NCBI RefSeq assembly: GCF_026210795.1
Contig: NC_089431.1
Span: 5,270,001-5,334,000, forward strand
Origin: Rhizophagus irregularis
Taxonomy: Eukaryota
Length of the DNA: 64,000 nt
Reading direction: 5' to 3'
Shown here: one piece after another, positions 12,701 to 26,204 of the stretch
Position numbering within the stretch: position 1 is the stretch's first letter
Layout of the letters: the number at the start of each line of letters is the position of its first letter
The notes under the pieces: model-generated
Seen by the model: the letters and a program-made list of their open reading frames with translations, nothing else
What the model was told of the DNA's origin: nothing
Database searches by the model: none
Made by a program: the position numbers and the translations under genes

Positions 12701-13947
12701 CGTACTTCACGACTTTCTTTACATGATTTAAAATTCAAAATCGCTTCTCCTGCCATAGAAACTGAAATTGATTCTTTATTTGAGGTATTTTTTATATTAA
12801 TATTTGCTTAAATTTATTTTTGTTAATCATTAATATTATAATAGTCTATATTAACAGCTGAAAGTCAGCTTACAATTAATTATACAACGCTAGTAGAATT
12901 AAGAAAATTTCATAAATTAAAGGAATTTATTGATACTCATTGTCAAATTAGACAATATTCATTTCAGGTATGTCAAATAGAGTAAAATGCACTTATATAT
13001 ATTCATTGTATTTGAAATTTATCACAAAACTCTAATTTCTGCAGATTAAGAAATGCAATAATAGTGAATGTACTATCTGTTTACCAGTTGAATTACCAAT
13101 TGAAGTATTTGATGAATTGCATTTTTTGCCTGATCCTGAACCATCTATTGGTAAGAATTATACAACCTTTTTGCATAAAGTGCTCAAAATTCTAATTATG
13201 TTTTTGGGCGTTTTTATTTTAGCTGATTCTAATCATTATAAGGATTTTTCAAGTATATATGGGACTCAAACATCTGAAAACTTTCGTCCAAGTAAAGCAG
13301 GACAACTAGAAGCTGATAATTTACCCCAGGGCATTTTCAATAATAATCGTGTTCGCGAATTCGTTGAATGTGATTTTTGTGGAAAAATTCGATGCATTTA
13401 TAGTATGAGTGCTTTAAAAAAAGAGCAGATGTCCACATTACAGCTCAAAATAAATGATAATGATTTTACTTGTGGAATTGAAGAATGGATGCCACCTTCA
13501 CATGAGCTGAAAGGTATTGTTTTTATTCGTCAATCTCTTAGCCGTGATTCTCCAATTGAAAGTGGTTATTATTCAAATCGCCTAAAAAAACCTCCTATTT
13601 GTTATTATTGTGGTAAAAATAATTCATTGGTGGAGGCAACTGACGATTTACTTCATGGATATCAATCTGTATATCCACTTTGTTCTAATTGTCAACTTTC
13701 GGGTCATTCTTTTCATATTGGGGTAAGAAAAAAGTTGGTGAATTAACAAGAAAAAGGAAAAGAGAATAATTTTTGTATTATATAATCTTTTAATAAATAA
13801 TTTGTTAAGTAAAATGATTGTTATTTTATCTTTATTATCGTATTTTTATAAAATCACGTGATATACAAAATGTACATTTAAATCTGAATTTTTTGAAATA
13901 ATGAGGGGGGGGGTTGATGTTAAACGAGACTATTTGTTGGAACGGCC
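9788..13947 (+). mobile_element. Full-length Zator-superfamily DNA transposon (4160 bp)
   Basis: 33-bp TIRs GGCCGYTCCAACAAATAGTYTCGTTTAACATCA (2 mismatches; 9788-9820, 13915-13947); 5'-GG termini; 3-bp TSD TTA (TWA) on both sides; DDE transposase inside. Confidence 0.88.
10118..13768 (+). pseudogene. Zator DDE transposase, multi-exon, frameshifted near 11025 and probably near 13718
   Basis: Motifs DDKHKVPIG, DHDF, TDGGPDHR, RTAPYHSWANPAE; C-terminal Cys clusters (CDFC, CYYC, CSNC); GT-AG introns ~11296-11389, 11621-11701, 12785-12844, 12968-13044, 13151-13221; frame change with no intron near 11025. Confidence 0.8.
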
Positions 13948-14177
13948 TTAATATAATTGTACATCTTATAATTCTATAAAACTTCTATATATCATAATAA
14001 ATAACTTGTTTACAGTATAATTGACTATTTACTAATGATTAAAATACTTTGAAAGTAATATCATTCTTTTTGTAAAAAAAATAATGTTATTCAAAAAAAT
14101 TATATTGTAATCTCAAAATTATGATAATGATGATGATAACATTCTACATTCTAATGTCTAAATTTGTTAAAATAAAT

Positions 14178-16216
14178 TTAAAGAGTATTAATTTCAAGAT
14201 CAATTTCCTTGGTAATATATCCTATATTTATAAAAGATACGTTAAAACAGGGTAAAAAAAAAAATTTTGTCGTATACAGTCAAATATTGGAAGCTCATAT
14301 ATACTTACCATCATGGGATTGATTGAGATCCTTATTAATATCTAATTCAATTTCTTTTGTAAAGTAATCTAATGAATTATACAAATATTTGATTAATATT
14401 GTTAAACTATTTGATGAATATTAAATTTTTATAGTTTAATTGCTAATTAGAATTCATACCTTTATCATTATCGTCTTCATTTGAATCATTATCAGCCTTT
14501 CTTTTACCTTTAAACGAATGAACATTATTAGTGAAATCAAGCCATCTGATAATTATTAATAATTAATAAATAATTACCAGACAATTCCATGTTATTTTCC
14601 TGATAATAATAAAATGGGTCTAAATAAAATTAATTAAATATTAAAAAAAAAATTTTATTAAAAAGGTAATTTATATAAATTATGCGATAAAATTAATTAC
14701 CAGTTTCTAATTTAATGGATTTAGTACTTCTTGAACTTCTTAAAGACATCGCGGATTGAATCATTCCACTTAAAGGTCTACTCTTATAAACGGCACCTGA
14801 ATTATTTATTGTTACAGGTCCTATATCCGGTGATTTTATAATTTTGGTTTTCTTACCCCATTCTTCACAAGAAGTCATTTTTTTAATTTTATCATATAAC
14901 TCCATAGCTAATGGTCTTTTCTCTGGATCAAAATGCCAACATTCTTTCATTAATTCAATATAACCTTCAGGTGCATTTGTAACAATTGGTGGACGTAAAC
15001 CATCACAAATTTTAATAATAAGATCCGTATTATGATTTTGATCCCAAAAAGGTCTTCTACCAGTCATTAACTCCCACATAATCATTCCGAAACTATATAT
15101 ATCTGAAGCTTTAGTATATTTTTGTCTAAGAAATATCTCCGGTGCCATGTAAGGAATAATTCCATAATTTTCATTATCATCCGCAGATTCAGTTGATGAT
15201 TTATTTATACCCAGATCTCCTATTATTACATCATATTTGCTATTATTATGATAATAATCAGTAAGATATACGTTAGGATTATTTTTAGAATTAAAAAAGA
15301 TATTTCCACTATGTAAATCCCTGTGAACAATATTTACACCATGTATATGTTTGAGTCCAGTTATAATCTTACTTAAGTTTTCCAATTTTTCCTGCCAACA
15401 AATATTATAAAAATAATTAGAAACATAATGTTTCAAATCACCAAAATCATAATATGGCATGATTATCATAATATCCTGAGAAATAGGATCTTGAGTAATT
15501 CCGAAATATTCACTAATGTGACTTTTATTATTATTAAGCAACTTGTTTAAAATTTCTAATATGTTGATAGTATTTTCTTTACATTCTGCTGAAGTAAAAT
15601 CATAAAATACTTTGAGCTAAGTAAGTTAAAGGAAATGTTTATTAGTATTATTATAAGATGTTTATTAACCAATTATAAACTAGAATATATTAATAATTAC
15701 ATATACCTCGTTCAAATTCTTGGATGTAATATTTTTAGAATCATTAAGTTTTTTGAGGACAACTATATAATTATGATGACGAACAATTTTGGTATTTTCC
15801 CGGAAATTCAAATTAAAAATTGGACCATCAATCCAAGTAGCTTTATAAATTTTACTAAATCCCCCTTCGGCAATAAATTCAACATTTTTGAATTGATCAT
15901 AAGGAACAAACTCTAATATCATTGAATTTTTATTAGTTTGCTTATAATTGATACTTTTATATGGAGAACCAAACTCTGCATGTGAACAATAATCAATTTG
16001 TGTATATCTAATGAAGTCATCAATAATTTTGTTCCCGCTTTTCTTAAACTTGCATACCTCTTGTATTGTGTAACAAGTAAAACAAAGCTGAAGATTTTTA
16101 TATGAAGCCAATCCAATATTACATTCATTACATAACTTTTTTATTTTATTATTAACCGCAGTCTGTGTTGATTGCCTTAAAGGCGTGTTGTTTGATATTA
16201 AAATATTGTTATTCAT
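14178..16216 (-). CDS. TKL-like protein kinase (single N-lobe); exon1 16216-15707, exon2 15616-~14701, several short 3' exons to stop at 14178
   Basis: CNEC..CFTC, SGNKIIDDFI, LEFVPYDQF, AEGGFSKIY, VVLKKL, HRDLHSGN, GDLG, APE; phase-0 intron after alphaC Glu; tail exons YFTKEIELDIN / YITKEIDLEIN are less certain. Confidence 0.85.
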
Positions 16217-18616
16217 ATTTTATTTTCAAAGGTTTCTCTTTCATTTAAGGAATCAAACAAAACCATCTTATATATAATAAAATTGACTTAAAAAAGTTCT
16301 ATGCATAATTTCTATCTAATTTCTGATTAGAAATTTCTATATGGAAAGATTCTCCGAATGAAGAACTTTGGAGTATTCTAACCGAAATAAATAAACTCCG
16401 AGAACTCCATTATTTTATACATGATCATCGGGCCTTCATGACCATTTTTGTAAACATCATTGACGAGAAAAAAAAATATTTTTTATTTTATATTAGAATT
16501 ACAATAATGTGCAAATAATGATTCATTGTGTTGACAAAAAATAAATTTTTTTTTTTTTAGTCTTTTAAGTGAATATAAAACGAAAGAATTAGGCATTCTC
16601 TTTGCTGCGGAATTACGTTTGGCAGAAGAATTTATGTTAGAATTTTTTAATGTTATTTGTTATCGGAAACAATAATTTTTTTTTAAAAACAAAAAGAAAA
16701 AAAAATTAAATTAAATAAGCTATTTGTGTCAACAAATTTATAAAGCCTGCGTTTGCGTAGAAGCGTAGAAAAATAAAATCAGAAATTAGTAGTACTGTAG
16801 TTTGGAGATATTCAAAGAATTACTCAAATAATGTAAATAGTTCCACACCGATAGTTTTGAGACTACACATAAAAATTCTATAAGAAAGACAGAAAGACTT
16901 TCAAAAATAAGAGTAAAAAAGAAAATCATAAATATTAAGACGTTAACTTTCAACCAGTCACGTGATAGAGGGTAACGCGGAAATAACTGTAATTATGATT
17001 TATAAATCAAAGGAACAAATTTATATAATTTGACAATTTTTTTGAATTGTCAATCTCATTATTACTGTTCCTTTCAGAAATTTTTAACGCAGAGAGGGAA
17101 AAGTGCCAAAAAACATTTAATGTATATATTCATTTTCTTTTGTTCAAAAAATTAACCAAAATAAAAAGAAAGCTTATTAATTTATTTGACTCATATTAAG
17201 ATTGCAATTTTCAGCGGCGAAATAATTGTATTAATAATATCATTTTGGCGATTTTCTGATTAATAATGAAATTATATTTAAGTGTAGTTTAACAATGACA
17301 TTTTATAACAAACTAGTTAATATGCTAATAAATAATGAATTTGGCTAGTCAAATTATCGATTATATTACAACATTATTACGTCATTTCGCTCCATATTTT
17401 AACTTCAATTAAATTCAAATAAATAAATTGTAAAATTATCTACAAAAGTTCATGCGAGTTTAATATACTGTCATTTAAATTCGGTTAATTACTCAATTCA
17501 CATATTACTTTGAAACTGTGAAGCATAACAATAAAATTATTTATGTTGTGTTATACAATAATTTTTTTTTTACTTTTTTCCGCAGAATTATTTTAAAAAA
17601 AGTAAATTCCTATTTCTGGTTATGATAAGCATTTAATGGTGACATAACCTTGCATTTATTTTTCTTGGCGTGTTGATATACAATACTCACGTGCACTGCG
17701 TTTTCTATTTCGGGACTAACCGACTAACGTTAATATTTCGGGATTAAACGGAAATATCGTTCTCTCTCAAGTTGCTGTAATGAAAAACCAAAAAAATTTC
17801 TCCCTGATAATCATATAAGTAATGACATAATGATAAAAAAAAAGATATTAAAAAAAGGTTTAAAAAGAAATGATTTTTGAAATATGACGTATTTTTTTTT
17901 TTCTATGAACCCGAAGATTTTCACCTAATGGCAAAAAAAAGGTATAGGAATTAATTACCGTGGAGTGATAATGTTTGATGACACCATTTTTTTGGATGAC
18001 AATCCAAAAGTAGATACCTTTTTACTATTAATGATATCCACCTTTATTCGACAATGATATTCATCAAACCACGTGACAATCGTGACATTCAACATTTTCT
18101 TTTGAAAGCACAAAATAATTATAAAATATTCCTTTTAGGAATATTCTAAAAGTGGCGTGATTAGCATTACTTAATTTGATTTTATCATACAATGATAAAA
18201 CAAATTTAACCGAGAGGATGTTTTACGAATGTACTACGAAAAATGTTAATTATAATGAGTTTTGAATGTATAATAACCGGAGTGATTTTCCGTCGCAATT
18301 ATTCCGGTGTTAAAACATTACATACAAACATAATTCTACTTGTTGTTATAGATTAATTATTATTTAATAATGGCATTGTAATAAATGGAACCATATTTGT
18401 GTATATATATGTATATTTGTATGCTTGTATATATATAGTATATATTCATACATATATATATATAAGGAGTAAGGACTGATAGATAGTTGTTTCTACTTTT
18501 TATTGGAAAAATCAAAAAACAAAAACATTTTTTCTTTTTCTTTATTTTTTTTTAAAAAAAAAAACTTTTTTTCTTTTTTTTTCATTATTCATTATTCATT
18601 ATTCATTAAATCAAAA

Positions 18617-20898
18617 ATGGTCACCGATTTTATGATTGATTTTTTTCGTTCGATCACCGATGTAAGTAAAAATTATTTATTTTTACGTACCATGATTATT
18701 ATTTAATATTTAATATTATTTACTGATAAAAAAAATATTTCTTTCTTTTTTTTAAAAAAAAAAAATTATATTAATTAATTATATTAATTTAGCATTTTAA
18801 AAGACAAAATACTTTTATTATGAATCAAGATTACGAATCTGAAGCGAATAAAATTTATGATGGAATGGATTTTGAAGAATTATCACAACTTTATTTAAAA
18901 AGTGATAGGATTAAACATAAATTAGGTAACGTATTCGAATTATTATAGTTAGTGCATTTTTTTTTTATTAAAAATTAAAAAATTATGACATTTATGATTA
19001 ATTTTAAATTTTTTTTAACTTTTATAGAAAAATTGGTTAAGAAAGCCGATCAGCTTATTATCCTCGATGACCATAATGATGATAATGATCATATTGGTCC
19101 TCAAATAGGTTTTTATTTAAATTTATTGTGGCGCAACTAAATTTCTTCCCTCAAAAAAAAATAAGCATTAAATTTTTTTAATTTTTTTTCATATTTTATA
19201 GAGGTAATAACAAATAAACTTGGTAATATAAAATTTAATGCTGATATTGAAGAAGTAACAACATTGGAAAGACTTGTGGAAATTATGAAAACTTCCGATA
19301 TTGAGAAGAAACATGTTAAAGCCGTAGGAAGTTTTGAAACGTTCAAGTAAATATCAATTATTATATTATTAATTTTACTATATATCCCAATATTAACCAT
19401 CATCATCATCATCATCATCATGATTTTTATTAGTCGTATCACTGAAACTGAAGGATTTCTTCTTTATACCAAAAATTATCGTGGAGTGAATAAAACTGAT
19501 TCAAATTTATTAAAACAAGAATTTAAAAGTAATAATATTTATTATGATGTAAAATGTGGAACTACTCTTAATGAAATTATATCAGAACTAAAAAATGATG
19601 ATAGGGCTTTATTTAATTTATCCGGTTTTGATGGTCAATCAATCGTCGGTTGTAATGCAACATCTACACATGGTTCTGGTATTACTCTTAAACCTTTAGA
19701 ATCATTCGTTGTATCTGTTAATCTTGTCGTACCAGGTGGAAAAATTTATAGAATTGAACCAACAGATGGTGTTACAGATCCTAAAATATTTTTACAACAA
19801 TATCAAGATATTAAATTAATTCAAGATGATAAAACTTTTAACGCAAGTGTAGTAAATTTAGGTGCTTTAGGTGTTGTATATCAAGTAACTATTAGTACTG
19901 TTTCAAATTATAAAGTCTTCTCAATGAGAGAAGAATCAACTTGGGAAGCTGTTAAACCAATCCTATCAGTAAAACCTTATGATAATAATGATATTTTAAG
20001 ATATCGTAATGCTGAAGTATGGCTTAGTCCTTATACATCTTACGCTCTTATTACGAGAAGAAATATCGCCACAAGTGATGATATAGAAAATTATCCTAAA
20101 TCACATTTGAAACATTGGTTACAAGATATTTTAGATAATTTAATTATTAAAAACCTCGCTAAAAAATTAAACACTGATGGTGGTCACATATTATTCATAT
20201 TATTAAATTTATTTCCAAAAACAATTCCTTCGTTAGTTGAATTAGCTTTAAAATCTCAATATAATAAAATTCCTGTGGTCGATGATTATGAAGAGATTTA
20301 TTCGATTGGTTTGATCAGCCATATTAAAGCTATAGATGTTGAATTTGCATTCTCAATGAAAGATGATAATCATATTAAAGCTATTGATGCTTTAAGAGAA
20401 ACATTACAAGATATAAGAGATAAATTTAATTTTAATATTAATGGACCTATAGTTATAAGATTCTCTGCTGCTTCTTCTCAGTATATGTCTATGGCACATG
20501 ATACAAATGATGAACCAAGATGTTTCGTCGAGATGCCAATTTTAGTATATGTAAGTACTTCGACGTCGTTTTGCGAATTCACTTCTTGTTTTTCTTAAAA
20601 CTATATACTAATTTTTTCCCCACATATTACCTAGGATCCAAGAATCTATTATTATGCACATGTTTACAAACCATTATTTGGTATAGCGTTAAAATATAAT
20701 GCAAGATTTCATTGGGGTCATCATTTAGATTCTGAATTAGATTATACATACCTTCAAAATTCTTTTGATAAAAATGCTATTGATTCATTCATTAATCAAA
20801 TTAATAAATTTGATCCACAAGGTTTAATGAGTAATGATTTCCTAAAGAAATTTGGTCTTGTTCCTAATACTAGTAGTTGGTTTAGTAAAATATTGTAA
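18617..20898 (+). CDS. FAD-linked oxidase, D-arabinono-1,4-lactone/L-gulonolactone oxidase (ALO/GULO) family, multi-exon
   Basis: [45 protein letters not shown] and C-terminal ARFHWG; short 5' exons with GT-AG introns (5' structure less certain); last intron ~20551-20634. Confidence 0.82.
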
Positions 20899-21817
20899 TA
20901 ATTAATTTAATTAATTTATAATTTAATTTTTTTTTTTTAATTTTTTCTTTTTTGTTATTAATTATTATTATTTTAAAAGATTTTTTTAAATAAAATTATT
21001 CATTTTTGTAATATTATTGTAATATAATTTAAAAAATTATTATTCGCTTTTTTAATGACGGGATTCACGGGAATTGTTCTATGAGCCAATTAATGGTGGT
21101 CATTTGAAACGTGTCTGTAATCGACTAATATAGATAACATAAGGCATTTCGGTTAAAATGTCAATCCGCAAATTCCGAAAATTCCGAATGATCTTCTTAA
21201 TCGAATAAATGAAAAAATTATATGTTACCAATCAAACGAAATCAAAAAAATAAAAAAAAAAAACAATTACAAACCTTAATATTATGTGAATAAAATATTC
21301 CCAGATAAACATAAATAAAGGTAACGTAGCCCCATATCTACAATAAAAACATTTCCATAATAGTAGATTGTTATTGAACGGAAACCCCTTTTTTTTAAGA
21401 TTTTTTTAAGATAAGTGGTTATTGTATCACCGATTAACATGTGAATGAAAAGGAATTACAAGTATTCAAAAAGGTTAACAAATTCATGATAATCTTTTTA
21501 GAACCCTTGATAAGTTTTTTTTTTTTATTCTTTATATAAAGAGTCAATCTCTCGCTTTTTTTTTCAATAAAAAAAACCCAATAAATGTGATAAAATAACA
21601 CTGTCCGTAAACTGATCCTCACTTTTTCCTGCATATGATGATATTTTCCATTATTACCAACCTCATTATTATTCATTAATACCGTTACCTTACCTTATGT
21701 ATACGAAACCCTTTTTACCTCCAAATCCGTACTAAAAATATCATATTGCATTACCTTTAACGAATGTTTGGATTTCGATCAAACGTAAAACGTACACCGT
21801 ACACCCGTACAAACAGT

Positions 21818-21953
21818 ATGCTAAAATTTCCGACTTCTGGAAGGGGTGTATTTATTAGATAAAAAACCAATATTGGGCAACCGATTCCACTTGATGATTC
21901 ATAATAACTTTTCGAATCTTATGACTTTACGTCTACGATGAAATCATTCAAAT
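21818..21953 (+). rRNA. Degenerate 18S rRNA fragment (5' domain); pseudogene
   Basis: ATGCTAAAA..CCGACTTCTGGAAGGGGTGTATTTATTAGATAAAAAACCAAT..GATTCATAATAACTTTTCGAATC..ATCATTCAAAT matches conserved eukaryotic SSU sequence. Confidence 0.85.
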
Positions 21954-22078
21954 ATTAAAATATATATATATATTTTTTTCCCTTTCCCTTCTTCTACATT
22001 ACCTTTTTCTGTAAATATCTTATAGAGGTTGGGATGCTTCTAGTGATAATTCTTCGAATTAGTTAGGCTATTAGTAGT

Positions 22079-22452
22079 TAGAAAAAATTAAAGTGTTTAA
22101 AGCAGGCTATCGCTTGAATTAATAAGATAGGTCCTATTTTGTTGGTTTCTAGGTTTGACGTAATGATTAATAGGAATAGTTGGGGGTCATCCGTATTCAA
22201 TTGTCAGAGGTGAAAATCTTGGATTTTTTTTATTGGACTAACTACTTTGGAAGATTTTTTTTATTGGACTAACTACTTTCGGAGGATATTTTTTTTATTG
22301 GACTAACTACTTTCGGCGGATATTTTTTATTGGACTAACTACTGCGAAATCATTTGCCAAGGGTGTTTTCATTAATCAAGAACGAAAATTAGGGGATTCG
22401 AAGACGATCAGATTAACCGTTGTAGTCTTAACCATAAATTATGCTGACTAGG
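22079..22452 (+). rRNA. Degenerate 18S rRNA fragment (central domain) with internal 4x tandem duplication; pseudogene
   Basis: GTGTTTAAAGCAGGC, TTTTGTTGGTTTCTAGG, GTAATGATTAATAGG, GTCAGAGGTGAAA, TTCATTAATCAAGAACGAAA, GAAGACGATCAGAT, GTAGTCTTAACCATAAA. Confidence 0.88.
22221..22343 (+). repeat. Four tandem ~30-bp units GGAT(A)TTTTTTTATTGGACTAACTACT
   Basis: Direct reading; the unit derives from the 18S GGATTT..GACTAACTACTGCGAAA segment. Confidence 0.9.
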
Positions 22453-22454
22453 AC

Positions 22455-22872
22455 GGAGATTCCGTTTTAAAAGGCGGCATTTGCAAATATAACCAAGGTT
22501 AATATTCCTACACCAAGATGTGGATAATTAATACGATAACGTAAATGAACTTGGTGACATCAATGAAGACCCCGGGAGGAGTTATCTTTTCTTTTTAACA
22601 ATCGTAAAGACCATGGAATTTCGGATTAATCGGAGATTATGGTATTTTGATCGCAAGAGCCCGACACTTAGTTAGGTCCAGTGCGTTCTCAATGATCCTT
22701 GAAAAACCAAGGGAAAGATTTATTCTCACAACCTGGTCGTACTCATAACCGCAGCAAGTCTCCCAAGGTGAACAGCCTCTAATTGATAGAACAATGTAAG
22801 TAAGGGAAGTCGGCAAAATAGATCCGTAACTTTGGGAAAAGGATGGCTCTAAGGATTGGGCCTATTGGGTCT
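22455..22872 (+). rRNA. Degenerate 28S (LSU) rRNA fragment fused to the 18S piece; pseudogene
   Basis: GGTTAATATTCC, CCCGGGAGGAGTTATCTTTTCTT, GGTCGTACTCATAACCGCAGCA..CCAAGGTGAACAGCCTCTA..GTAAGGGAAGTCGGCAAAATAGATCCGTAACTT. Confidence 0.88.
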
Positions 22873-24601
22873 TGGTTAGAAGGTTCGCTGGGATGCGGGA
22901 ATTCTTTACAACTTACAATGACGATTAATACGTGATGGACTTTTTTTCACGTTAATTATCGCCTTAAGTAGTATTATAAATTAAATAATTTACATTTAAT
23001 TTCTCCAACCTATGTATAATTTACGATGATTTTTTATTATCGTAATTTTATTACTCTGTTGGGGGGGGATGTCTGGTCTAAAATTTTGGATATTAGGTTA
23101 AAAAAAAAAAAAAATTGATCTGCAATATATACAAAAAATCTTCTTCAATCGCAAGAAATTAAAATAAATAAATTTGTATATATAAAAAAAATTTTCTTCA
23201 ATTGCAAGAAATAAAATTTAATAAAAAATAAATAAATTTGTTAATTTTTCTTATATAAAAAAAAAAATTACCACAAAAACTACTTTCAGAAATCTTTTCT
23301 TAATAGTATAAAGTTAATATTTACGATCAAATATATAAATGATTGATGAATTTATATAACTAATCTAGTCATATTTCCAGCCACCATTAAAATAGCCTTT
23401 TCTTTAAGTATTTTTATGATCTAAAAATATTTAAAAAAGAGAAAAAATATTTTTTTAAAACTTACATTTATAATAATATATTATATATGTTACATATAAA
23501 CCATATAATATTAACTTTTCTTGAGATTAAAGTAAACTTACTTTTTGGTTTTATAATAATTTTTTAATATAGAAATAGGAGTTTCAGTAATGGTTACTTA
23601 GGACAAACTAGAAAATTGGCAAACTTTTTGAAAAAATTGGCAGTTTTCTTTAAAACTACATACGGACGTAAAAATGACTTGATAAAATAAATAAATTGGA
23701 GTTTACACAAAAAAATATAAAAATGGTTTGGTACATATTGCTTTTTTTTTTTATCGAATTTGACGTTATTTTTCAAGTTTTAAAATAAAATTTTAAAGAA
23801 ATGTAACGAATTCGATAATAATTTTATTTTACAATAGCGCGTTAAATTGGGGATTTTTTTTTAATCTATAATCTATCATACAAAATATAACCGAATAAGT
23901 TAAAATTGATATTCGCATTTCGGGTAGCACCTATCGATGAAATCTCATGAAAAAAGTTACTTTTGACGAAACCATATAACTCATAAAGATGATCTGTATA
24001 ACGATTGTACGAAATTTTCTAATATTTATTATAAATCCAATTTAAGTAATTATTTCTTAAAGTGGTTAATTTTTTTTTTGTTGTAAAAATATACGATAAT
24101 ATATTTAACAATATATTTAATATGATAGTATATTTAATATACATGGAATAACCGACAATTACTGTATGGTAACCGTACAGTAATTACAGTATGTAATGGT
24201 TCGTCCTATGGTCAATCCCTTTGATATTATTATAAGATTATATATTAAATTAATTTTTATAAATCAGATCGAAAAAAAAATATAAATTAAAAATTTTTTA
24301 ATAGACGATAATATTACTGTATATTATTTATTTTGGATAATAATTTTTATATGTTGCTTATATTAAATAATTTAATTTTCGTAAAGTTTAGTTAATGAAT
24401 AACATTATTGGATATATCATAGTCATATTTTTTTTAATTTATCTTTTGATAACGTCCTGAACTTCAGATGATGATTTTAACGTTCGTATATAATATTTAT
24501 TATGATTGTGAACGTAAATTTTAACGAACAAATTATTTTTTAAAGATATTTTTATTACTGTATATATAAAATTATTAATTACATGTTACATGTTTAAATT
24601 T

Positions 24602-26169
24602 CTAAAATCGACTAATTAACGAAATATTGTCTAGAGTTATCTTTGCTTCTTCATATCCATTATTTAAAGCCATTTCATACCATTTAGATGCATCTTTAAT
24701 ATTTCCTTCTGTTCCTATTCCATATTGATAAAGATAACCTAAACTATATTGACCTATGGCATTTCCTTGATTTGCTGATATTGAATAACATTCAAATGCT
24801 TTCCTTTCATTTTTATCTGTTCCTATACCCTTCAAATATAAATATCCTAACCAATTTTGTGCTGATTCATTCCCATTTTCAACTGATTCTAAAAACAATT
24901 TAAATGCAAGTTTCTCATTTTTCTCTATTCCTATGCCGTAATAAAAACAAGTTGCTAAATTACTTTTTGCTTCTGCATTTTCATTTTCGGATGATTCTAA
25001 ATACCATTCCAATGCTTTAATTTCGTCTTTATCTGTTCCTGAGCCATTCTGATAACAAATTGCTAAATCATTTTGCGCTCGTGCATCCCCATTTTCAGCT
25101 GCCTTCAAATACCATTCAAATGCTTTCTTTTCATCTTTTTCTATTCCGGAGCCATTCTTATAACAAATTGCTAAATCATATTGTGCTTGTGTATATCCAC
25201 TTTCAGCAGCTTTCAAATGCCATGCTAATGCTTGCTTTGCATCTTTATCTATTCCTATCCCGTTCTGATAACAAATTGCTAAATCATTTTGTGCTCGTGC
25301 ATTTCCACTTTTAGCTGCTTTTAAATACAACTCAAAGGCTTGCTTTTTATCTTTATCTGTTCCTATCCCATTCAAATAACAATACGCCAAATAATCTTGT
25401 GCCAATTCGTTTCCATTTTTAGCTGATTTTGAATACCATTCAAACGTTTTCTTTTCATCTTTATCTGTTCCTATACCATAATGATAATGATTTCCTAAAT
25501 TTCTTTGTGCTTGCGCATTTCCATATTCGGCTGATTTTGAATACCACTCGAATGCTTTACTTACGTCTTTGTCTGTTCCTATGCCATTCTGATAACAAAT
25601 TGCTAAATCATTTTGCGCTCGTGCATCCCCATTTTCAGCTGCCTTCAGATACCATTCAAATGCTTGCTTTTCATCTTTTTCTGTTCCTAATCCATTCTTA
25701 TAACAAATTGCTAAATCATATTGTGCTTGTGTGTATCCACTTTGGGCAGCTTTCAAATACCATGTAAATGCTTGCTTTTCATCTTTATCTGTTCCTATAC
25801 CATACTGATAACAATTTCCTAAATTATTTTGTGCTTGTGTATTTCCATTTTCTGCCGATTTTAAGTAATCTTCAAACGTATTGTTTACTTGTTTAATAAT
25901 GTCATTCTTGTTATTATCAGAATTTTTATTAATTTTAAATGTTAGATTTTTTGTAATAACAATTTCCTTAACGTTATTAATGAATTTTTTCTTATTTAAA
26001 ATGATATCTTTATAATAAAAAAATGATAATAAATATTTTCCAATAATAATATTAATATTTCTTAATTCATTTTCATCATCTTTAATTAAATTTTTTTGAT
26101 CAAAATTAATATCGTTATGATAATTTATCAAATGTTCTTTCTCATCACCAATATTATCAATATTATCAA

Positions 26170-26204
<35 letters not shown>

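Noticed and set aside
22221..22343. CRISPR-like repeats
   Set aside because: Head-to-tail duplication of an 18S segment with no unique spacers; eukaryotic context, no cas genes
25060..25767. Repeated His/Leu-rich plus-strand ORFs
   Set aside because: Antisense shadows of the Sel1 repeats
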